From: an uncultured Campylobacter sp.
Lineage (GTDB): Bacteria > Campylobacterota > Campylobacteria > Campylobacterales > Campylobacteraceae
Length of the DNA: 64,000 nucleotides
Assembly: GCF_900539505.1 (NCBI RefSeq)
Contig: NZ_UQCL01000002.1
Strand: one strand, 5' to 3'
Shown: in pieces, positions 49,222 through 59,124 of the stretch
Layout: the number at the start of each line of letters is the position of its first letter
How positions within the stretch are numbered: the first letter of the stretch is position 1
Position numbers and translations under genes: made by a program
The notes under the pieces: generated by a model
Database searches by the model: none
What the model was told of the DNA's origin: nothing
What the model saw: the letters and a program-made list of their open reading frames with translations, nothing else

Positions 49222-49979
49222 GAATAGACTATCGCCATCGCGATTGCGCCGAACATATAGCCGTCGATGCGGTCTAAGATCCCGCCGTGTCCGGGAAAGA
49301 GCGCGCCGCTATCTTTAAGACCCGCCGCGCGTTTTAGGTAGCTTTCAAACAGATCGCCGAATACGCCAAAAATTGCTATGATGATGGTTTTGCCTAAAAT
49401 TTCAAGCGGCGGCATATTGGTAAAGATGCGCGCATAAATGAGGCTAACGATAAGCGCGAGCGCAAGACCACCTAGTACGCCCTCTACGGTTTTATTCGGC
49501 GAGCTAGCGCTTAGCGGGGTTTTGCCAAAGGCTCTTCCGATAAAATATGCGCCGCTATCGCTAGCTACGATAATAAAGATCAGCCAAACGAAGTGAAAAA
49601 TTTCCCCGAAATCATCGTAAGCCGCCCACATAAAAAATATCGGCGCAACGGGATAGATGAAAGGAAGCGTGATCTTTAGGCTGGGGCCCTTGGTAAAGGC
49701 CACGACAGAGGCGACGCATAGGATCATTAGGATGCTAACTTTTAGCGCTGAGACGAAAGGCTCGTCGGTCTGCGTAAATGGTAGCAGCGCAAAAAACGCG
49801 ATCGCCAGCGCGAGCCACTTTTTGCTAGTTTCCTCCAGACCCCATAACTTGAGGCTTTCAAAAAACGCCAGCACGAGTATCAGCGCAAATACGGCGAAAT
49901 TTAACCACCTGGCGTTTATGAGAATTAGAGCCAAAAATACGGCGAGTAAAATGCTTGCCGTGATTATTCTTTGCTTCAT
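49215..49979 (-). CDS. cdsA: phosphatidate cytidylyltransferase
   Basis: CTP-transferase-1 signature [32 protein letters not shown]. Eight TM helices. Overlaps dxr. Confidence 0.85.
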   Translation of the reverse strand: MKQRIITASILLAVFLALILINARWLNFAVFALILVLAFFESLKLWGLEETSKKWLALAIAFFALLPFTQTDEPFVSALKVSILMILCVASVVAFTKGPSLKITLPFIYPVAPIFFMWAAYDDFGEIFHFVWLIFIIVASDSGAYFIGRAFGKTPLSASSPNKTVEGVLGGLALALIVSLIYARIFTNMPPLEILGKTIIIAIFGVFGDLFESYLKRAAGLKDSGALFPGHGGILDRIDGYMFGAIAMAIVYSW

Positions 49980-50028
49980 AGAATTTCCTTGGAATTTATT
50001 TTGAGCAATTATATCGCAAGCTCGCTTA

Positions 50029-51351
50029 TTACGGCTTTAAAACGCTGATTGTTTTAAAATTTACGTAGTTTACGAAAGCACCTTCGTTGATTTTGACATT
50101 TTGGCGTTTGGTGTAATCGACGAGATATTTTCCGCTGCCATTTGCACTGAAGCTCACACAAATTTTAGCGGCGAATTCGATCACCTCTTCGCTTAGACTT
50201 TGTTTATTTGTCTTTACGATGACGTGTGCGCTTGGAATATCCTTAAGATGAAACCAATAGTCGGATTTGGAGCTATTTTTTAGTAAGAACTCATTGCCTT
50301 TTTCGTTTTTCCCGACGCTGATTTTAAAATCCCCGAGATAAAAGCTCGCTACATATTCGCTATTTTTTTCCTTGCTTTTTTGCTTAATTTGCGTGCGCTT
50401 AGGCATTAGAATTTCGATCTCGTGTGCATCCTGTGCGGCGAGAATGAGCGATTTTAAATTCTCATAAAACGCGAGTTTCTCCTTTAAATTTTGCTCTTCG
50501 ATATGGATATTAGCAGCCTTTTGGCGCATACGCTTTGCCTCGGAGTAAAGCTCGCCCAAAGCGGCGCTTGCAGGCTTTTGCAGCTTAAATTCTACCGCTT
50601 CGGCGTCTCCTTTTTGCAGCGTAAATTCTCGCGCGCTAGTTGGAATTTTATAGATATTTTCTTTTAGCAAGGCGGCTTTCGCACCTAAAAGCTCGGCGCT
50701 TCGCAGTAGTTCGGCGCTGCTTTGCAAAGAGCCTAAAGCCTCACGCACCGAGTCTAGCTTTTTATTTAGCGCCGTGATTTTTGCGGATTTGAGCGAGTTT
50801 AAGCGATCCGCATTTAGCGCGTTAAATTCCGCGCGAAAAAATGCTTTAAAATCCGAAATTTTTGGCACAGGGGCTTCTTTAATATTTGCAGGCGGTAGGT
50901 GGCGGAGTTTTCTTCCTACCTTAATCTGTCTAAATTCCGTTTCGAAGTGCCGCAGTGCCTCTAAAATCACATCGTTTTCATCAGTGATTATTACGTTTGT
51001 AAAGCGCCCGGTAAATTCGAAGTAGATATTTGAGCTTTGGGTTTTGTAGCTTGCGTTTTGGCTCACGCCAAGGCATAGAATTCTATTATTTTCTGGCACG
51101 CTAACGGAGGTGATGCGCGATTTTACGAAGCGCTTGGCAAGTAGCACGTCAAAGGGCGCCGCGTAAACCTTACCTTCGGTAAAAGCGTCATTTTCGTGGA
51201 TATTGCAGCCTGATTTATTCATATCGAAAAACAGCGTCTCGTTGCCGTCAAAGCAGACTTTAAAAAGGTTATCTCCTACGCGCTTAATGTGTGAAAGGAA
51301 GCGTTTGGCGCGTAGATACTCGCAAATCTGAATTAAGTTTTGATACTTCAT
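50029..51351 (-). CDS. NFACT/fibronectin-binding protein A (FbpA)-like protein
   Basis: 440 aa with a central coiled coil. N-terminus resembles the NFACT-N domain. Synteny with the C. jejuni Cj1349c-type gene next to cdsA/dxr is inference. Confidence 0.5.
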   Translation of the reverse strand: MKYQNLIQICEYLRAKRFLSHIKRVGDNLFKVCFDGNETLFFDMNKSGCNIHENDAFTEGKVYAAPFDVLLAKRFVKSRITSVSVPENNRILCLGVSQNASYKTQSSNIYFEFTGRFTNVIITDENDVILEALRHFETEFRQIKVGRKLRHLPPANIKEAPVPKISDFKAFFRAEFNALNADRLNSLKSAKITALNKKLDSVREALGSLQSSAELLRSAELLGAKAALLKENIYKIPTSAREFTLQKGDAEAVEFKLQKPASAALGELYSEAKRMRQKAANIHIEEQNLKEKLAFYENLKSLILAAQDAHEIEILMPKRTQIKQKSKEKNSEYVASFYLGDFKISVGKNEKGNEFLLKNSSKSDYWFHLKDIPSAHVIVKTNKQSLSEEVIEFAAKICVSFSANGSGKYLVDYTKRQNVKINEGAFVNYVNFKTISVLKP

Positions 51352-51356
51352 ACGCG

Positions 51357-51881
51357 TTAAAATTTCTCTTTGTGGATTTTGCTTAAATTTAGCTTCTGCA
51401 GATCGTGCGGGCTCGGGCGCTGCTGCGGTACGCCGAGGGCCAGTATCGCTTCTGCTTTGAAATTTGGCGGAAAGTCCAGCGCCTCGCGCAAAAACTCCTC
51501 GCAGCTGCGTCCGTCCGCGGCGGCGCGCAGCCTTATCTGCACCCAGCAGCTGCCGAGATTTAGCGCGCTTGCAGCAAGGTGCATGTAGCCTAGCGCTACC
51601 GAGCAGTCCTCGATCCAGACGTCCTGTTTCTGTTCATCTGCGATCACGACGATCGCGGCCGCGGCCTGTTTTAGCATATTTGCACCGCTGCTGCGGCACG
51701 CGCTTAGCCGCTCAAGCATCTGTTTGTCGCGCACGAGGATGAACTCCCACGGGCGGCGTGCATGCCCCGACGGCGCAAGCAGGCCCGCTTTTAAAATTTT
51801 ATCCAGCGCCTCGTCCTCAAGCGGTCCCTGCGCGTATTTTCTTACGCTTCTGCGGTTTGCAAAAATATCTAAAATTTCCAT
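51357..51881 (-). CDS. nitroreductase family protein
   Basis: ANRRSVRKY…LLAPSGHARRPWEFILV is the typical FMN nitroreductase fold signature. Confidence 0.75.
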   Translation of the reverse strand: MEILDIFANRRSVRKYAQGPLEDEALDKILKAGLLAPSGHARRPWEFILVRDKQMLERLSACRSSGANMLKQAAAAIVVIADEQKQDVWIEDCSVALGYMHLAASALNLGSCWVQIRLRAAADGRSCEEFLREALDFPPNFKAEAILALGVPQQRPSPHDLQKLNLSKIHKEKF

Positions 51882-51978
51882 CGTCTCGCTCCTTGCGGCT
51901 CAATTATACATAAAATTGCAAAAATTTATGATTTTTTAGCTAAAATCGCGCAAATTTAACCGATACGAAGGAGATTTT

Positions 51979-53244
51979 ATGAAGCAGACGATCACGGAGA
52001 AAATTTTTAGCGAGCACGTGGGCGAGGCGGTTTTTGCGGGACAGATCATCGAAAGCGCCATAGATATGGTCATAGGCAACGACATCACGACGCCGATTTC
52101 GATCAAACAGTTTGAGCTTAGCGGCGCAAAAAAGCTCGCTAACCCGGACGGCTTTGCGATCGTGATGGATCACTACATCCCTACGAAAGACATTTTAAGC
52201 GCAAACCAAGCTAAAATTTCACGCGAGTTTGCTTACAAACACGATTTGAAAAATTATTTCGACGAAAAAGATATGGGTATTGAGCATGCGCTGATGCCTG
52301 AAAAGGGGCTCGTAGTGCCCGGCGACGTCATCATCGGCGCGGACAGCCACACCTGTACTCACGGCGCACTTGGGGCATTTGCGACCGGTATGGGCAGCAC
52401 GGATCTTGCTTTTGCGATGATAACGGGCAAGAATTGGTTTAAAGTGCCACCTACGATCAAAGTGGTCTTTCACGGCAAGCCTGCACCGCACATCTACGGC
52501 AAGGATCTGATCCTAGAAGTGATCCGCCTCATCGGCGTGGATGGCGCGCGCTATAAGGCTTTGGAGTTCTGCGGCGACGCGCTGGAGCATCTGGATATGG
52601 ATAGTAGATTTTCGCTTTGCAATATGGCGATCGAAGCGGGCGGCAAGAGCGGTATCGTCGCGGTCGATGAGATCACGAAGGAATTTTTGGCGGATAAAAA
52701 TTTGCGCGCCGAGCCGAAATTTCACTACTCCGACGAGGGCGCGAACTATGAGCAAATTTTGCAGATCGACGTGAGCAAGCTTGATCCGGTGATCGCCTAT
52801 CCGTTCCTGCCTAGCAACGGCAAGAGCGTGCGCGAGGCGGTGCGCGATGACATCGCCGTCGATCAGGTCTTTATCGGCAGCTGTACCAACGGCAGGCTCT
52901 CCGATCTGCGGATCGCGGCGCAAATTTTAAAAGGTCGCAAGGTCGCGCGCAAAACCCGCCTCATCATCACGCCCGCGACGCAGAAGATCGCTCTGGCCGC
53001 GCAAAAAGAGGGGCTGTGGGATATTTTCGTGGAAGCGGGCGCGGTCGTGAGCAACCCGACCTGCGGCGCGTGCCTGGGCGGATATATGGGGATTTTGGGC
53101 GTGGGCGAGCGCTGCGTAAGCACGACTAATCGAAATTTCGTCGGCCGCATGGGCGATCGCAGCAGCGAAGTATATCTGGCAAACTCCGCCGTCGCCGCAG
53201 CTAGCGCCGTCGCAGGAAAGATCGCCGATCCGAGGGATTTGTGA
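51979..53244 (+). CDS. leuC: 3-isopropylmalate dehydratase large subunit (type-2, ~420 aa; aconitase family)
   Basis: MKQTITEKIF…DMVIGNDITTP. Fe–S ligands present (…GSCTNGR…, …NPTCGACLG…). RBS AAGGAG. No leuD is adjacent. Confidence 0.8.
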   Translation: MKQTITEKIFSEHVGEAVFAGQIIESAIDMVIGNDITTPISIKQFELSGAKKLANPDGFAIVMDHYIPTKDILSANQAKISREFAYKHDLKNYFDEKDMGIEHALMPEKGLVVPGDVIIGADSHTCTHGALGAFATGMGSTDLAFAMITGKNWFKVPPTIKVVFHGKPAPHIYGKDLILEVIRLIGVDGARYKALEFCGDALEHLDMDSRFSLCNMAIEAGGKSGIVAVDEITKEFLADKNLRAEPKFHYSDEGANYEQILQIDVSKLDPVIAYPFLPSNGKSVREAVRDDIAVDQVFIGSCTNGRLSDLRIAAQILKGRKVARKTRLIITPATQKIALAAQKEGLWDIFVEAGAVVSNPTCGACLGGYMGILGVGERCVSTTNRNFVGRMGDRSSEVYLANSAVAAASAVAGKIADPRDL

Positions 53245-53282
53245 ATTTTATATGATGAATACCTTTATGAGAAAGCTTTGTT

Positions 53283-53744
53283 GTGGATATTTTTAAAATT
53301 GTTCTTGGCGCTTCGTTGTCTATTATAACTCAAGTTGTATATAGCTGGATTATTAATAAACGGGAAGATAAAAAAATAAGGCTGCAAAAATTAGAAGAGA
53401 CTTTTTTGATAGTTAGTGAAATAATAGGTCAAACATTAGATAGGGCAATAGGCGAGGTAGCTCCAAATTCAGAAAACAAAAAGATGGAAATTAGTAGATT
53501 GCACCTCTTAATAAGTATATATGTTCCTGAACTAGAAAAAGATTATAAAGAATTTATGAAACTATCTCAAAAGCTAGTCAGTCGCGACTTTGATAGGGAA
53601 GAATTTGTAGAAATTCAAAATACCTTCCTTGAAAAAGGAAACGGGATAAAAGAAAAAATTGCAAATATGGCGAGAAAAAGTTTAAATTCATGCAAAATTT
53701 TTAAAATTTGGTCACTAATAACAGCTAAATTTATTAAAATTTGA
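53283..53744 (+). CDS. hypothetical AT-rich small protein with an N-terminal TM helix (GTG start)
   Basis: Local GC is far below the flanking genes. 153 aa. TM helix LGASLSIITQVVYSWII, then a charged/helical domain. Confidence 0.35.
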   Translation: MDIFKIVLGASLSIITQVVYSWIINKREDKKIRLQKLEETFLIVSEIIGQTLDRAIGEVAPNSENKKMEISRLHLLISIYVPELEKDYKEFMKLSQKLVSRDFDREEFVEIQNTFLEKGNGIKEKIANMARKSLNSCKIFKIWSLITAKFIKI

Positions 53745-53782
53745 ACTATAAATAATTTATCTGTTAAAGCAGAGGCGTAAAT

Positions 53783-55456
53783 TTACGCCTCCAAAATCGC
53801 TCCGTTGCTAGCGTTCGTTACCAGTTTGCGATACATTCGCAACCAGCGATACGGCAGCGGTTTTTCAATCGGCTTAAATTTAGCCCTTCGCTCGGCGATT
53901 TCGGCTTCGCTTAGGCGCACGTTGATCGCGTAAGTATCCACGTCGATGTCGATGATATCGCCGTCCTCTAGCAGTCCGATCATGCCGCCCTCGGCAGCTT
54001 CGGGGCTTATGTGCCCGACGCTTAGCCCCCTCGTCGCTCCGCTAAATCTGCCGTCCGTGATGAGAGCCACGTCCGCACCGAGACCTCGCCCCATGATGAG
54101 CGAAGTCGGGCTTAGCATCTCCTGCATGCCCGGGCCTCCGCGCGGCCCTTCGTAGCGGATGACGACCACGTCGCCTTTGTTTACCTTGCCGCTTGAGATC
54201 CCCTCTATCGCCTCGTCTTGGCTGTTAAAGCACACGGCCTTGCCGCTAAATTTGCGCTCGCCGATAATGCCCGCGGTCTTGATGACGCAGCCCTGTTCGG
54301 CTAAATTTCCAAACAAAACCGCCAGCCCGCCGACCTGCGAGTAGGCGTTTTCGACCTTGCGGATGACCGATTCGTCTTTTATGGCGCTAGCTCCGACACG
54401 CTCGCCTAGGCTTTCGCCGCTTACTGTTAGCGCGTCTAGCCCCAGTAGCCCGTTATCGCGGCGTGAAATTTCATTTATCACGGCGCTTAGACCGCCCGCG
54501 CGGTCGATGTCCTCCATATGCACGTTTGGCAGGCTCGGGCTGATTTTGGCGATGTGAGCGATCTTGCGGCTGATCTCGTTGAGTCCAGCGATCTGTAAAT
54601 TTACCCCCGCTTCGCGCGCGATAGCCAGGATGTGCAGCACGGTGTTGCTGCTGCCGCCCATCGCCATATCGACGACTAGGGCGTTTTGGATCGATTTTTC
54701 GTTCACGATATTTCGGATTTTGTATTTTTCATCGAGCGCTATCTCGCAAATTCGGCGTCCCGCCTCGCGGATAAGCTCCTCACGCTCAGGCGTTAGCGCA
54801 GGCACCGTGCCGTTGCCCTTTAGCGCGATACCCATCGCTTCGCACAGCGTATTCATCGAGTTTGCCGTAAACATCCCCGAGCAGCTGCCTCCGCTCGGAC
54901 AGGCGGCGCACTCGATCTCTTTTAGCTCCTCGGCGCTGATCTCTTTGGTTTCAAATTTACCCACCGCCTCAAACGCAGTCGCAAGATCGATCGGCTCGCC
55001 TTTTTTGGTGTAGCCCTTTTTCATCGGGCCGCCGCTAACGAAAACCGTCGGCACGTTCACGCGAAGCGCGCCCATTACCATGCCGGGCACGATTTTATCG
55101 CAGTTTGGCATACACACGAGAGCGTCTAGGGCGTGCGCGTTCATCACCGTTTCTATGGAGTTTGCGATCAGCTCGCGGCTAGGCAGGCTATAAAGCATCC
55201 CAGCGTGCCCCATCGCGATGCCGTCGTCCACGCCGATGCAGTTAAACTCAAACGGCACGCAGCCGTTTTTGCGGATCTCGTCTTTTAAAATTTCGGAGTA
55301 TTTGTTGAGGAAAAAGTGCCCCGGGATGATCTCGATAAAGCTGTTTGCTACGCCGATGAAGGGCTTTTCAAAGTCTTCGTCCTTTAACCCGGTCGCTCTT
55401 AGCAAGCTTCTGTGCGGCGCGCGCGTATAGCCTTTTTTGATGATGTCGCTTCTCAT
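53783..55456 (-). CDS. ilvD: dihydroxy-acid dehydratase
   Basis: N-terminus [31 protein letters not shown] signatures (…CDKIVPGM…, …SGGPM…). RBS AAGGA before Met11 of the listed ORF. Confidence 0.9.
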   Translation of the reverse strand: MRSDIIKKGYTRAPHRSLLRATGLKDEDFEKPFIGVANSFIEIIPGHFFLNKYSEILKDEIRKNGCVPFEFNCIGVDDGIAMGHAGMLYSLPSRELIANSIETVMNAHALDALVCMPNCDKIVPGMVMGALRVNVPTVFVSGGPMKKGYTKKGEPIDLATAFEAVGKFETKEISAEELKEIECAACPSGGSCSGMFTANSMNTLCEAMGIALKGNGTVPALTPEREELIREAGRRICEIALDEKYKIRNIVNEKSIQNALVVDMAMGGSSNTVLHILAIAREAGVNLQIAGLNEISRKIAHIAKISPSLPNVHMEDIDRAGGLSAVINEISRRDNGLLGLDALTVSGESLGERVGASAIKDESVIRKVENAYSQVGGLAVLFGNLAEQGCVIKTAGIIGERKFSGKAVCFNSQDEAIEGISSGKVNKGDVVVIRYEGPRGGPGMQEMLSPTSLIMGRGLGADVALITDGRFSGATRGLSVGHISPEAAEGGMIGLLEDGDIIDIDVDTYAINVRLSEAEIAERRAKFKPIEKPLPYRWLRMYRKLVTNASNGAILEA

Positions 55457-55648
55457 TTTATGTCCTTGGATTGAAATTTTCTCCATTTTAGCATAAAATT
55501 TTACCGCTGCGGACGTTTAAAATTCTAGCGCATTAAAATTTTAAACGGGACCATTGAGCTTAATCAAATCGAATAACTCCTATTTTTGATATAATTGCAC
55601 ATCGATTATCAAAATCTTGCCGTTTGGCAGGAATGAAAAGAGGAAAAG

Positions 55649-56608
55649 ATGCAAAGAAGAAATTTCTTAAAACTAACGTCTGCGTTGGCGGCTAGCGGGC
55701 TTGTTAGCCCTCTTTTTGCGAAGGAAGCCTTCACTATCTACGGCGCGCCTGCGATGCCTAGCCTCATCATCGGCGTTGCGTGCATGCAGGGGCAGATCGG
55801 CAAAAAATACGACGCGAAGCTTGAGCTTTGGCGCGATCCCGATCAGCTGCGCGCGGGCGTGGCAAACGGCGAGTACAAGGTCATGATGAGCCCGAGCAAC
55901 GTGGGGGTGAACCTCGCAAATCAAGGGCGCAAGATCGGTATGGTAAATATCCTCACCGAAGGGCTAAATTTCGTGATGAGCAAAGGCGAGAAGATAACGG
56001 AATTTGCGCAGCTGAAGGGCAAAAAGATCGTAATGCCTTTTAAAAACGATATGCTAGACATCATCGTGCGAGCCATAGCGAAAAAGCAGGGCATTAGCGG
56101 GCTAAATATCGACTACACCGCCAGTCCCGCAGAGAGCGCGCAGCTGTTTTTGGCTAAGGACTACGACATCGCGATCACGGTGGAGCCGCTAGCAAGCGCC
56201 ATGATCTTAAAGGGCAAAGTATCGGGTATCGCCGTGCAACGAGGGGCAAATTTAAGCGATATGTGGGCGCAGGCGTTTTCGGTAAAGCCTATAATCCCGC
56301 AAGCGGGTATCATCGCTGATACCGATTTTTACGCCGCGAAAAAGGCGGATTTTGAAATTTTAAACGCCGATCTGGCAGACGCGCTTGCGTGGATAAAGGC
56401 AAACAAACAAAGCGCCGCGGCGATCGGGACAAATTTCTTTCCCGCGCCGCCGCCTGCGATATTTATGAGCATCGATACGTCGAATTTATGCGTCAAAAAG
56501 CCTAGCGAGATCAAGGACGAGCTTTTGAAATTTTATGAAATTTTGATGGAATTTAACCCCAAGCTCATTGGCGGCGCGATGCCTAAGGACGAGTTTTTTC
56601 TATGCTAA
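55649..56608 (+). CDS. ABC transporter substrate-binding protein, NMT1/THI5-like (NitT/TauT family), TAT-exported
   Basis: Twin-arginine signal MQRRNFLKLTSALAASGL. Size and pattern fit the sulfonate/nitrate/HMP-type binding proteins. Confidence 0.7.
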   Translation: MQRRNFLKLTSALAASGLVSPLFAKEAFTIYGAPAMPSLIIGVACMQGQIGKKYDAKLELWRDPDQLRAGVANGEYKVMMSPSNVGVNLANQGRKIGMVNILTEGLNFVMSKGEKITEFAQLKGKKIVMPFKNDMLDIIVRAIAKKQGISGLNIDYTASPAESAQLFLAKDYDIAITVEPLASAMILKGKVSGIAVQRGANLSDMWAQAFSVKPIIPQAGIIADTDFYAAKKADFEILNADLADALAWIKANKQSAAAIGTNFFPAPPPAIFMSIDTSNLCVKKPSEIKDELLKFYEILMEFNPKLIGGAMPKDEFFLC

Positions 56609-57399
56609 AAATCGATAAAATTCGCAAAGCTCAAAACCCCGTATTTTACGTCATAGACTATCTATGGGGCGGCTTTGCGAGCCTAGGGGCGGTGTGCTTT
56701 TTTATAGCCGTTTGGCAGGTGGCGAGCGAGGCTTACGGGCCGCTCATTCTGCCAGAACCCGCGGCTGTTTTTTTTAAGGCGTGTGAAATTTTAAAAAATT
56801 TCGCCGCAAACGATCTAGCCTTATCGCTTAAACGTGCGCTTGCAGGCACCTTTCTCGCGCTTTTTGCGGGGATTTGCAGCGGACTTGCGGCGGGGTATTT
56901 CAAAAGCCTGCGAACCTTTTTAAACCCGCTAATCACCGTGCTTCTTTCGACGCCGCCCATCGTCTGGATCGTGCTTGCGATATTTTGGTTTCATTTCGGC
57001 GATACGAGCGTGCTTTTTACCGTCGTTATCGTCGTCGCGCCGATGACTTTTGCGTCCGCGGCGCAGGCGATGGCTAGCGTGAGCACCGAATACACCGAGC
57101 TTTTCGACAGCTACAAAAGCTCAATTTTAAAAAAACTGCGCTACCTCTACGCGCCGCACCTAATCGAGCGGCTGCTCCCTGCGATCTACGTTGCGGTCAG
57201 CAACGGCGCGAAGGTGCTTGTGATGGCGGAGCTTTTAGGCGCGAACGACGGCATCGGCGCAAAGATAGCCGAAGCGCGCGTCAATATCGATACGGTCGAG
57301 GTCATGGCGTATGTGTGCCTAGTCATAGCCTTTACGGCGCTTTTCGATTATCTCGTGACCAAGCCGCTTGAAATTTTACTGATGCCGTGGAGCAGATGA
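56602..57399 (+). CDS. ABC transporter permease (NitT/TauT family)
   Basis: Six TM helices. Its stop overlaps the ATPase start (ATGA). Confidence 0.75.
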   Translation: MLKIDKIRKAQNPVFYVIDYLWGGFASLGAVCFFIAVWQVASEAYGPLILPEPAAVFFKACEILKNFAANDLALSLKRALAGTFLALFAGICSGLAAGYFKSLRTFLNPLITVLLSTPPIVWIVLAIFWFHFGDTSVLFTVVIVVAPMTFASAAQAMASVSTEYTELFDSYKSSILKKLRYLYAPHLIERLLPAIYVAVSNGAKVLVMAELLGANDGIGAKIAEARVNIDTVEVMAYVCLVIAFTALFDYLVTKPLEILLMPWSR

Positions 57400-58088
57400 T
57401 GCTAAAAATTTCAAATTTGCGCTACGAAATTCTGCGCGACGTTATAATTTCCGATTTTTCGCTGCGGCTGCGCGCGGGCGAAGTAAAGACGCTTTTTGGC
57501 CCCAGCGGCTGCGGCAAGACCTCGCTTTTGCGGCTGGTCTGCGGGCTGGAGGATAAAAAAAGCGGGCAGATCGAAAACGGCTTTAAGAAAATCAGCTTTT
57601 TGTTTCAAGAAAACCGCCTGCTGCCGAACCTCACGGCACTTAAAAATATCGAAATTTTTAGCCCTGCGGGCGTGAGTGAAATTTACGCCCTTGCCGCGAA
57701 GATCGGGCTAAGCCCGAGCGATCTGAATAAATTCCCGCGCGAGCTAAGCGGCGGCATGCAAAAGCGCACGGCGTTTTTGCGCACGATCCTTAGCGGCTGC
57801 GATCTGGCGCTGCTTGATGAGCCATTTGTAGGTCTGGATCGCGATCTGCGCGGCGCGCTGATCGAAATTTTAGTCTCAAAGATCGAGCGCGAGGGGCTTG
57901 CCTGCCTTTTGGTGACCCACGACCGCTTCGAAGCCGCACGCCTAAGCCACGAGATCATCGAGCTTGAGCCCAAAGGGATGGGGCTTAGACGCGTCGTGAG
58001 GCTGGATGAGCCGCTAAGCGCGCGCGACGAGCGGTACGAAGAGCGCGTGGTAAGCGAGCAGTTTGGGGGAGTAAGCTATTATGAATAG
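57396..58088 (+). CDS. ABC transporter ATP-binding protein (NitT/TauT family)
   Basis: Walker A GPSGCGKTS, signature LSGGMQKRTAF, Walker B LLDEP. ATG at 57396; the listed GTG at 57387 lies inside the permease gene. Confidence 0.8.
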   Translation: MMLKISNLRYEILRDVIISDFSLRLRAGEVKTLFGPSGCGKTSLLRLVCGLEDKKSGQIENGFKKISFLFQENRLLPNLTALKNIEIFSPAGVSEIYALAAKIGLSPSDLNKFPRELSGGMQKRTAFLRTILSGCDLALLDEPFVGLDRDLRGALIEILVSKIEREGLACLLVTHDRFEAARLSHEIIELEPKGMGLRRVVRLDEPLSARDERYEERVVSEQFGGVSYYE

Positions 58089-58159
58089 AAATTTTATCTT
58101 TAATGCGCGCAAACAGGGAGGTTCCGCACGAAATTTGAACTTACGTTGCGGCTCAGACG

Positions 58160-58340
58160 CGAGCAAGCGGGACTTTGGCGCACAGCGTGTTCTGGGCGCG
58201 TACGGATGCGGGTATTTGTCGGGCGCTAGATGCGACGATCTGGGCATACGCAGACACGGGCTCTTACGAAGTACTAGATGCCGCGATTTCGGCGCGGGCA
58301 GACACAGGCTCTTGCAGGACACCGGGCGCCGTGGTTTTGC
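58160..58340. repeat. three degenerate ~48-bp tandem repeats (GC-rich)
   Basis: Units GCGCGTACGGATGCGGGTATTTGTCGGGCGCTAGATGCGACGATCTGG / GCATACGCAGACACGGGCTCTTACGAAGTACTAGATGCCGCGATTTCG / GCGCGGGCAGACACAGGCTCTTGCAGGACACCGGGCGCCGTGGTTTTG. Confidence 0.5.
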
Positions 58341-58599
58341 CGTACCGAAATACGAACTGCGCAGCCATGCGAACTGCGATTATAGTGCGAGCGTGCTCTT
58401 GAATGGCGCAGTGTGCTGCGGTTTTGTAGCACAAAATTCGACGAAATTTAGCAGCGATACATACTGCGGCTCTAGCGCGGGCGCTTGTTTACAGCGCGTA
58501 TCCGATCGCCCTGCTCGTGCCGCCTGCCCGCATTGCAGATTTGGTACGAACCCAGACGCCCGTCTGCGTTGTGGATTTGGCGCAGATTATTTTAAAAAT

Positions 58600-59124
58600 T
58601 CAGGCGGAATTCCTACGCGAAATTTTAAAATTTACGCTCTCGATTTCGCACGGAATTTTAAAGATTTTACACGGAGCTTGGAAGCCGCACCCGCGCAAAA
58701 TTTCAAAATTTCCGATCTAAATTTTACGCGAAATTTTAAAAATTCAGCTCGCAATTCGGACGCCGAGCCAGTGCAAAGCTTTAAAAATCCAAATTTCGCA
58801 CATGATTTCTTGCAAAGCGCTAAAAGCTACGATCAAAATTCCACTCATGGCTTCTCACAAAGCGGCAGAAGCGCCGAGCCAAATTCCGAGGCGAGTTTTT
58901 CGCAGAGCATTAAAAATTCCGAACGGAATTTCTCGTTAAGCTTCTTACAAAGCGCCAAGAATTCCGATCAAAGTCAAAATTTCAAATCCAGTTTCGCGCA
59001 AAGCTTTAAAAATCAAAATTTCGCGTGGGATTTCTCACAAAACGGCAGAAGCGCCGAGCCAAATTCTGTTCAAAACTTCTCGCAAAGCACTAAAAATTCC
59101 GATCGGAATTTTAAGGCTAATTCC
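58600..59124. repeat. AAATTT/AAAATTC-rich repeat tract containing two ~180-bp imperfect tandem units
   Basis: TTCTCACAAAGCGGCAGAAGCGCCGAGCCAAATTC… at about 58850 recurs at about 59030. AAAGCTTTAAAAATC(C/A)AAATTTCGC occurs twice. Confidence 0.5.

Noticed and set aside
53946-55013. Several 60–150-aa plus-strand ORFs inside ilvD. Similar antisense ORFs occur inside other genes (e.g. 231–497, 4595–5086, 36511–37010, 40426–40848)
   Set aside because: They are antisense or frame-shifted relative to well-supported genes, with Pro/Ser/Arg-rich low-complexity translations.
55487-55648. TPP riboswitch upstream of the NMT1/THI5-like binding-protein gene
   Set aside because: No CUGAGA / pyrimidine-sensing helix consensus is present.
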